DNA of 64,000 bases from Nitrospirales bacterium. GTDB lineage: Bacteria > Nitrospirota > Nitrospiria > Nitrospirales > UBA8639. The position numbers and the translations under genes are program-made. Of the stretch, positions 57,220 through 64,000 are shown piece by piece. The stretch lies in assembly GCA_965223295.1 (NCBI GenBank), contig CBDCWC010000003.1:1696001-1760000 (forward strand), read 5' to 3'. Each line of letters begins with the position of its first letter. Position 1 is the stretch's first letter. Below the pieces are notes generated by a model. It saw nothing but the letters and a program-made list of their open reading frames with translations, did no database searches and was not told the DNA's origin.

Positions 57220-58047
57220 GTGCCCGAGATCTGTGAGTTGGTCACGATGAATGCTCGTATGACTCAGATTGTCAGCGCGCCGTGGTTTGAGCGCATCATT
57301 ATCGCCTTTATTCTGATCAACGGGGTCATTTTGGGCATGGAAACCTCCCCAGATCTGGTGGAGGCGTATGGCGGATTGATGCATTTAGGCAATCAGGTGA
57401 TTCTGGGTATTTTCATTCTGGAAGCTGCATTGAAGATGCTGGCATTGGCTCCCCAAGTTCACCGCTACTTTCTGGATGGTTGGAATGTGTTTGATTTTTC
57501 CGTCATCGTGTTCTCGTTAATTCCAGCCACCGGTGAATTTGCCATGATTGCGCGCTTGGCGCGGCTGTTGCGTGTAGTTCGCTTGGTTTCCACCATTCCG
57601 GAGCTCCGGCTGATCGTGGCTACGTTGGTGCGCTCCATTCCCAGCATGATGCATGTCATGACCTTAATGGGCGTGATCTTTTATATCTATGCCATCACCG
57701 GCTATCAGTTGTTTCATGAGCATGATCCTACTCATTGGCGCTCGTTAGGCATTTCGCTGCTGACATTGTTTCGCGTGGTGACCCTGGAAGACTGGACGGA
57801 TATCATGTACACCGCCATGGAATTTCACCCTTTATCTTGGGTGTATTTTGTCAGCTTTGTCATCTTAGGCACGTTTGTGGTCATCAATTTATTCATTGCC
57901 GTGGTGATTAATAATCTGGATGAAGCCAAAGCCGAACGGCTGGCCGAACTTCAAGGTCCCGTCACGCAAGAAGAGATCCTCAAAGATCTGCGCGACACTC
58001 AAAAAGCCATCACGCGTCTGGAGGACCGTTTAGGACGCATGGTGTAA
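57220..58047 (+). CDS. Prokaryotic voltage-gated cation channel (BacNav family)
   Basis: WNVFDF, S4 RLARLLRVVRL, filter TLEDWTD, S6 NLFIAVVINN. Confidence 0.93.
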   Translation: MPEICELVTMNARMTQIVSAPWFERIIIAFILINGVILGMETSPDLVEAYGGLMHLGNQVILGIFILEAALKMLALAPQVHRYFLDGWNVFDFSVIVFSLIPATGEFAMIARLARLLRVVRLVSTIPELRLIVATLVRSIPSMMHVMTLMGVIFYIYAITGYQLFHEHDPTHWRSLGISLLTLFRVVTLEDWTDIMYTAMEFHPLSWVYFVSFVILGTFVVINLFIAVVINNLDEAKAERLAELQGPVTQEEILKDLRDTQKAITRLEDRLGRMV

Positions 58048-58156
58048 CCACGAAAAAGGTGGTCGCACACGTCGAGTAATCTGGATTCGGTTACTGTGCT
58101 GTCTCTAGGGGAGAGTTGGGTGGCCGAAACGATGGCCCCAAATTGTGCCTGGGAGA

Positions 58157-58339
58157 TCAGGGTTGAGAGGGCGGGTTTTTGACAGGTTTGGCAGTTGGAG
58201 TTGATTTCCAGCGATTTTGCCGTCGGGTGATTTCTTCCTCAGGAACACGGGTTTCCCATTCTTCTACTGGGCCGGATGGTCCTCTATCCCACCATGTTGA
58301 AAGGTTTTTAGGCTCGGGTTTAGCTGGTTGCTCTACCAT
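58157..58339 (-). CDS. Small hypothetical protein
   Basis: AAAGGA RBS before ATG; 60 aa. Confidence 0.4.
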   Translation of the reverse strand: MVEQPAKPEPKNLSTWWDRGPSGPVEEWETRVPEEEITRRQNRWKSTPTAKPVKNPPSQP

Positions 58340-58716
58340 TTGTATATCCTTTTCTGCAAAAGTGATTCATTCCCACATCACTCTGTGGGGAATTGTCTCC
58401 AAAATGACCGATTTTTTCATGAAAATACGAACAAACAGAAAAATAAGCAAAATATATGCCATTAAACCAGTATTGAATTTTTTTGGCTATCTGGAGGACA
58501 AAATGAGGAAACTCAAGGACAAAGTGTAGGGAGAGTGAGAGAACCTAGACTTGTTGGATATTGGGACTTATTGGAAGAAAGCCCAAGCAAAAAATTAGTC
58601 TTACTTATCATTTGTTTATCATATTCGAAAAAAGATGAATCATATGAAGACAGTTTTGGTCAGTTTGGCTTGTGAACCCCTTTCTCCTGAGGACTGCTTG
58701 GTGTTACTTCTCTGAT

Positions 58717-58941
58717 GGCTCTGTTGAAAAAAGCCGCCAGCAGCGTTCTCGCCATTGTTCCGTGCTCACGTCGTGCTAGGACGCTCCGCGCGCAAAAAAG
58801 GCTGCGGCCTTGCTGGACCTGGCTTCGCCGAAGCGGCTTCGCGCAGGCGAGCGGACTTTTTTGAACAGACCCGAGGTTGTTGATTGTCCTCGGCTTCATG
58901 GCGAAAGATGGCTTTTGATATCTTCATTATTCAACATTTCT
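58717..58941 (+). mobile_element. MITE family A, copy 3 (with nested ~33-bp insert)
   Basis: Aligns with 12836-13026; perfect 5-bp TSD CTGAT (58712-16, 58942-46). Confidence 0.85.
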
Positions 58942-59363
58942 CTGATGATCAATCAGCATAAAGAGCTATTTCTTCAATCTAGCTACTGCCATTTTCCCTG
59001 AAATGTCATTCGTCTGTGCTCTACTGGTGAGTATGTCGGAAGGACTCTCAGGTTCTCTTACTACTTGCTTTAGTAGCCGACCTCTCATCAACTCATGTTC
59101 ATACAGTGAACTATTGGTATTTGCTTCAAAAACATGAGCCTTGTCTTAAAAACTGAGCTGCCTTGCTCTTTAGGTTCTGAAGGTCCCCAGGCCTCGGTCA
59201 TGAATTCAGAGTGTTGCGCTAGTATCTAAATGTTCAACATCGTATCCAAAAAATTTACAATCCAATTTGAAAATTTGAATTTTTCCGAAGTTGATTAGAT
59301 TTCCGAAAAGAAAAAATACTTACATTTCAACGATATTTTTTCGATATCTTTCTTCTGTTCCTT

Positions 59364-59379
59364 TGGCATGCCCTTTGCT
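59364..59379 (+). promoter_or_regulatory. sigma-54 promoter
   Basis: TGGCATGCCCTTTGCT. Confidence 0.7.
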
Positions 59380-59435
59380 TTTTCGTAACAAATAAGGCGT
59401 ATTTACATTTTATTTTTTTAAAAGGAGGCAATGTC

Positions 59436-59648
59436 ATGAGTGACTATTTTCATCCGAATCAATTGCAAGGGCTTTTAGCTGAACATGGCGACTATGAAGA
59501 CTATGAAGAGAATGTGGATATGCGAAGCATCAGTCGTGCGTTACGGTTTTTAGAAGGGGTTGATTATGATGAGGAGCCATTGCGTTTTCGTCGTGGTCGC
59601 CGCGCACAACGGGCTTTCAAAGACGTTTCTTACTCAACGGCTCATTAA
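59436..59648 (+). CDS. Small acidic/basic hypothetical protein
   Basis: AAGGAGG RBS; sigma-54 promoter upstream. Confidence 0.7.
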   Translation: MSDYFHPNQLQGLLAEHGDYEDYEENVDMRSISRALRFLEGVDYDEEPLRFRRGRRAQRAFKDVSYSTAH

Positions 59649-60005
59649 ATTTGTATTGTGAGAATTGATTGTAGCCAAGTGTCTCCAAGTTGTGTTGTGA
59701 CTTGCGGTGGCAACACCATGATTTCCATGGTTGAGGGTGAGGAAGGGTGAGTGGCCACGAAATTAAGCCAACAGAGAATAAAAATGAGAGTAGGGGAAAG
59801 CAATGGTCTAGGAGTGACGGTTTTCTAGAGAGAGTAAAGATTAAGTTTTGAAGAAATGGACTTTTATGCGAAAGTTTGGTCCAGGGATAGCGTGTCTTTT
59901 TGGTTCCTGTTCCCGAAGATTCTACGAGATGCGAATTGGGCCTGTTGAATCATTCAATGTCAAGTTACGAAAAGGTCTTAAAAGCCATGGTAACTTCAAT
60001 TCGAC

Positions 60006-60123
60006 GGGAATGGTCAAAAAGGCCCTTGCCTGTGCGATGCCGCTTTCAGCCTTCGTAGCCGTCGTGGTGAAGTAGACCCGGCAAATGCAGGGAGCCCCGC
60101 TGGCGGCTTTTTTCAACATTCCC
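60006..60123 (-). mobile_element. Short MITE-A-related element
   Basis: Ends GGGAATGGTCAAAAA / GCTGGCGGCTTTTTTCAACATTCCC. Confidence 0.6.
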
Positions 60124-60522
60124 CAATTAATGTGAGGCCATGCCTGTTCTCCCTTCCTTATGAGCCTCGATGCAATCGTTTTAGGCAGCCGGTTGGCACG
60201 ACATTTTTGGGTTAATATAAAGTAGTTTGTTGAATCTCAAATGGGTTTTATCCCGCCTTCAGTCTGTCAGACTCAATCCTACTCATGTAAGAACAACCTC
60301 CAATAACTTAAGTTGTCGGCTAGTAGAACCGAAGAACATACACGGGAGGTTTCCTGGGATGCCTTGTGTCCTGGAAAAATTCAGACCAGGGACGAATCTC
60401 TATTGTCAGAGTCACAGGTCTATGTCATATGAAAAATCTCTATACATCATAGAATTGCATTGATTGAACACATATCTAATATGGGCTGGTCATAAAGTCC
60501 AACTCCTTCAGCATGTGAACTG

Positions 60523-62826
60523 ATGAAGAGTTCTTCTGTCATTGATCGTCCGGCTTCGGTCCAAGAACCTGAGCTGGAAGATCAACCTCTGAAGCAAGAT
60601 ATCCCTCCGCCTCCTTCCTCTTCTTTTTGGACGAAAGTCGATCTCACAACGCGCCAGATCGTGATGTTTGTAGTGTTGGCCGTATACCTGTTTTATTTGG
60701 GCTACCGTGTGCTCTATACCTTAAATCCTGAAGCTTTAGGGTTTTCTCTCTTATTTTTATACGCAGAAGCTCATGCCTGTTTGGCGTTGGCTTTGTATTT
60801 TTTCCAAATTTGGAATCCAACTACTCGGATTCTGCCTCCTGCCCCCCGGAATTTGACGGTAGATATTTTGATTCCGACCTACAATGAGGATCTCGAGATT
60901 CTGCGAAAAACGGCGATCAGTTGCTTGGGTATGGCCTATCCGGCGCAGGTGTTCTTTCTGGATGATGGCAATCGATTAGAGCTTGCCCATCTGGCCCAAG
61001 AACTTGGGTGTGGGTATCTCAAGCGGGAAAAGCCCACTCAGGCAAAAGCTGGCAATCTCAATCACGCTTTGTCCCTCACAACGGGAGATTTTGTGGCAGT
61101 CTTTGATGCCGATTATGTTCCTCATCCCACATTTCTTGAGCGAACGTTAGGATATTTTCAAGATTCGAACGTGGCGTTTGTTCAGACTCCTCATAGTTAT
61201 TATAACGTGGATTCTTTTCAATTCTGGATAAACTCCAAGAAACGTGACAAATGGAATGAGCAGGATGCGTTCTACCGTTTCATTATGCCGGGTCGTGATC
61301 ACTGGAATGCCGCGTTTTTTGCCGGGACTTCCGCCGTCATTCGGCGTGAAGCGTTAGAAGAAATTGGTGGTTTTGCCACCGATACTATCACAGAAGATGT
61401 GGAAACCAGCGTTCGTCTGTATTCGAAAGGCTGGAATGGTGTGTATCACAATGAGGTCCTCTCACATGGGCTCGCGGCCAGTGATCTAGCCTCATACCAT
61501 CAACAAAAATTGCGATGGGCTGAAGGCAACATCAATCTCCTGTGGTCCGAAAATCCCTTCTTCAAAAAAGGGCTGACGCTGGCTCAGCGCATTTGTTTCT
61601 TTGCGACGATTTTTGGTTGGTTCGTGGGCATCCCCGAAACGATCTATTTTTCAACCCCCGCCATCATGCTATTGACGGGATGGTATCCCATTGATCCCTT
61701 TGATTGGCAATTTCTCATAGTCTATCTGGTGTATCTCAGTGTGTTGGTCGGTGGGTTTAAATACGTGAGTCGAGGGCACGGGAGAATTGGCTTTAATAAT
61801 CTCTACAACATGACCAATTTTTTTGTGCTGGTGAAAGCCGTTTTAAAAAGTTTCTTGAAAATCAAGTCTGGGTTTTTGGTCACACCCAAAGGACCTGGAG
61901 AAGAGGTAGAGCTGAGAACCATCATGCCACAACTATGTTTGACCTTATTGTGTCTGGCAGGAATGTGGTGGGGTGCGTTGAATGTGTTCTATGGGCTGAC
62001 GGGGGATTATTTCATTTACTCCATTGGTATTTTTTGGGCAGGTGTGAACGCGGCGCTAGCCATCAGTGTCATTCGGAAGACGACCACGGCATGGTATGAC
62101 CGAAAAAAATTCAGATTTATCGGTGCGGTACCTATTCAATTTGCGAGGTCCACAGGTTCGCATATTGGGGTGAGTCGAGATATCAATGAATCTGGAGTGT
62201 CACTCGAAACGTTTGAAACATTGGAAATGAATGAATCCGTGAACCTCACGGTGCATTTGGGACCACATGTAGTTCGTATACAGGGATCTGTGGTGTATGA
62301 ATTTGCTGAAAAACCTGATCAGCCGCTGCCTCAACCCCTTCGTGCCTATGGCATACGGTTTCATGAACTTTCTCGGATGGATCAAGACATCATTCAACAA
62401 TTTTGCTTTCATCTCGTGTTGCCAAAATATTTACATCATTACGCGCAACGCGATACGTGGGGGCAACGCTTGGCCGATTGGTACGCGAATCGTAAACGGT
62501 TTCGAAATCGAGAGTACCGCCGTTTGGTCACGCTGCCTTGTCAAGTGTCCGGTATGTTTTCTTTTTACACGGTGGTGAATGATCTGAGTCAAACTGGAGT
62601 GGCGTTTGTTTCTTATCAATCCTTCGAAGTTGGCCAACGTCTTCAGATTGACATCTTTACCCATGAAGGCAAAGTCCCAACGGAGATTGAAATTCGAAGT
62701 TGTCAAAATATTCCTCCGGGCTATGCCCACTTGATCGGAGCGAAGTTTATGGAACTTATCCACGACAAGACCCATCCGTTGTTCCCCTATATGCCGTCGC
62801 AAAAAGGGACTGTGATTTCATCATGA
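60523..62826 (+). CDS. bcsA: Cellulose synthase catalytic subunit-like GT2 with two PilZ domains
   Basis: IPTYNE, LDDG, AKAGNLN, FDAD, QTPH, TED, QKLRW; PilZ motifs RKKFR/DINESG and REYRR/DLSQTG. Confidence 0.88.
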   Translation: MKSSSVIDRPASVQEPELEDQPLKQDIPPPPSSSFWTKVDLTTRQIVMFVVLAVYLFYLGYRVLYTLNPEALGFSLLFLYAEAHACLALALYFFQIWNPTTRILPPAPRNLTVDILIPTYNEDLEILRKTAISCLGMAYPAQVFFLDDGNRLELAHLAQELGCGYLKREKPTQAKAGNLNHALSLTTGDFVAVFDADYVPHPTFLERTLGYFQDSNVAFVQTPHSYYNVDSFQFWINSKKRDKWNEQDAFYRFIMPGRDHWNAAFFAGTSAVIRREALEEIGGFATDTITEDVETSVRLYSKGWNGVYHNEVLSHGLAASDLASYHQQKLRWAEGNINLLWSENPFFKKGLTLAQRICFFATIFGWFVGIPETIYFSTPAIMLLTGWYPIDPFDWQFLIVYLVYLSVLVGGFKYVSRGHGRIGFNNLYNMTNFFVLVKAVLKSFLKIKSGFLVTPKGPGEEVELRTIMPQLCLTLLCLAGMWWGALNVFYGLTGDYFIYSIGIFWAGVNAALAISVIRKTTTAWYDRKKFRFIGAVPIQFARSTGSHIGVSRDINESGVSLETFETLEMNESVNLTVHLGPHVVRIQGSVVYEFAEKPDQPLPQPLRAYGIRFHELSRMDQDIIQQFCFHLVLPKYLHHYAQRDTWGQRLADWYANRKRFRNREYRRLVTLPCQVSGMFSFYTVVNDLSQTGVAFVSYQSFEVGQRLQIDIFTHEGKVPTEIEIRSCQNIPPGYAHLIGAKFMELIHDKTHPLFPYMPSQKGTVISS

Positions 62827-63239
62827 ATCCAGGGATTGCATTATTAAGAAATAGGTGGATGTTGTTGATCATGATTGGAGGATATTTAGTCCTCATCTGG
62901 GGTGTGTTTGTGCTAGTGAACCATGAAGACATCGTTCGGGCTGATTTGCTTCTTTCTCCCACGACCTTGAAGGAGCCGGATGTTGTGGACATGTATCAGG
63001 CATTTGAACGGCAAGATGAGTGGGTTCAAGATGATGTCATGTTAATGCGACTGACCGAAGCGTTAATCCATCAGGGAAAGACCCGAGAGGCGCGGAAAGT
63101 CAGCCAACAACTATTGCTGAGGAACCCAGAGGACCAAATTTTGCGATTCCAAGTCGCATTGGCGTTACATAATGCGGGGCTCTATGAAGAGGCGGAGGTC
63201 CATTTTTCCATTCTTTTAGAGGAGCGAGGAGAGAAATGA
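62823..63239 (+). CDS. Membrane-anchored TPR protein
   Basis: ATGA overlap with bcsA; LRFQVALALHNAGLYEEAE. Confidence 0.8.
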   Translation: MNPGIALLRNRWMLLIMIGGYLVLIWGVFVLVNHEDIVRADLLLSPTTLKEPDVVDMYQAFERQDEWVQDDVMLMRLTEALIHQGKTREARKVSQQLLLRNPEDQILRFQVALALHNAGLYEEAEVHFSILLEERGEK

Positions 63240-63760
63240 ACGACACAACAACGAAACACTGTGTGAAAGTGACAACGTGGATTGGTGTGAGTGTATTGGT
63301 GATGGCGTTGGGTATTACGACAGTCCCGCATGCCGTGATCGCCAAAGACCTAGACGATCAATTTATGATGTTGATGGCTGCACGGAATGCGGCCAAAGCC
63401 AAGAAACATGAAATGGCGATTGCCCGATACCGGAAATTGCTCAAGATGCCAGGAACCCATGTGAAAGCCCGATCAGAATTGGGATGGGAACTGCTGAAAG
63501 TGGGGAAATATAAAGAAGGACAACGGCAGTTTGAAGCCGTGCTGAAAGTAGATCCGAAAAATGCCAATGCGCTTCGTGGACGACTAGAAGGAGTTCGAAA
63601 GACTAACAATAAAAAAGTGGAATATGAGGTGCTGGCGCAACTGGTTAAGCTGTCTCCCAAAGATCGTGAGTTACGAAAACAGTTAGCGGTGGCCTTGCAT
63701 AATCAAGGAAAATATGACGAGGCAGAAAAACATCTTTCGATTTTAATGGGAGAGAAGTAA
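63236..63760 (+). CDS. Secreted TPR protein
   Basis: ARSELGWELLKVGKYKEG; LRKQLAVALHNQGKYDEAE. Confidence 0.85.
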   Translation: MNDTTTKHCVKVTTWIGVSVLVMALGITTVPHAVIAKDLDDQFMMLMAARNAAKAKKHEMAIARYRKLLKMPGTHVKARSELGWELLKVGKYKEGQRQFEAVLKVDPKNANALRGRLEGVRKTNNKKVEYEVLAQLVKLSPKDRELRKQLAVALHNQGKYDEAEKHLSILMGEK

Positions 63761-63766
63761 CAAGCC

Positions 63767-64000
63767 ATGAAAATGTGCTTTCCACATATGCTGGTGTTGT
63801 ATCTCTTCTTTCTGTTGGGGGCCGGGCAAGGGGTGGAGAATGTTCGGGCCCAGGAGAAAACTCTCTCAGATGAGGCAGAAATATTGCTTCTGGGCGCGCG
63901 GAATGCGTTGAAGGCAGGATATCTTGATAAAGCTCTGAGACGTTATCAAACGTTTGTGGAGCGCTATCCAGGCATGGTGGAAGGCCATCAGGAATTAGGA
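63767..64000 (+). CDS. Secreted TPR protein, runs off the window (possible BcsC-like)
   Basis: MKMCFPHMLVLYLFFLLGAG..LLGARNALKAGYLDKALRRY; no stop before the window end. Confidence 0.7.
   Translation, partial: MKMCFPHMLVLYLFFLLGAGQGVENVRAQEKTLSDEAEILLLGARNALKAGYLDKALRRYQTFVERYPGMVEGHQELG

Noticed and set aside
58660-59001. ORFs 58660..58899 and 58810..59001 (also 59922..60119, 18572..18842)
   Set aside because: They are translations of MITE sequence.
60193-60210. sigma-54 promoter upstream of bcsA (TGGCACG)
   Set aside because: The -12 GC element is missing (TGGCACGACATTTTT).

Overview
Roughly 48% GC bacterial chromosome segment. Gene content and the intergenic repeat family look Nitrospirales-like (inference, not verified). 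It has four zones. (1) 1-6382: the decaying right end of a genomic island, with a trypsin-like protease, an intact IS3-family element and several pseudogenes, closed by a 3' fragment of tRNA-Thr(TGT) that looks like an att site. (2) ~6.5-23.6 kb: mostly housekeeping (bactofilin, folK, panC, LemA/TPM, glycerate kinase, hybrid kinase, UDG, transaldolase, pgl, SPFH/NfeD) with several MITEs. (3) ~23.9-53.9 kb: a sigma-54-controlled cell-surface locus and the most interesting part. It holds two short-passenger autotransporter barrels, a SEL1-caspase lipoprotein, two paralogous secreted triheme c-cytochromes (one with a CBM, one with a dockerin next to a cohesin-PEP-CTERM anchor) and an FHA-sigma-54 activator. 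A divergent operon encodes two secreted Asn/Gly/Ser-rich ~36-aa repeat proteins (candidate functional-amyloid/beta-solenoid fibre subunits), a CsgG/HfaB-like pore, LPP20/FlgP-like proteins, a DegP protease and a Ser/Thr kinase, followed by a possible gasdermin-fold lipoprotein. A palindrome GTATCT-N4-AGATAC, in tandem ~21 bp apart, precedes four sigma-54 promoters of this locus. (4) ~53.9-64 kb: DsrE2/TusA sulfur carriers, formiminotransferase, CBS protein, a BacNav-type channel with a TLEDWTD filter, and the start of a cellulose-synthase (two PilZ)/TPR operon. All family calls come from motif recognition by eye; no searches were run.
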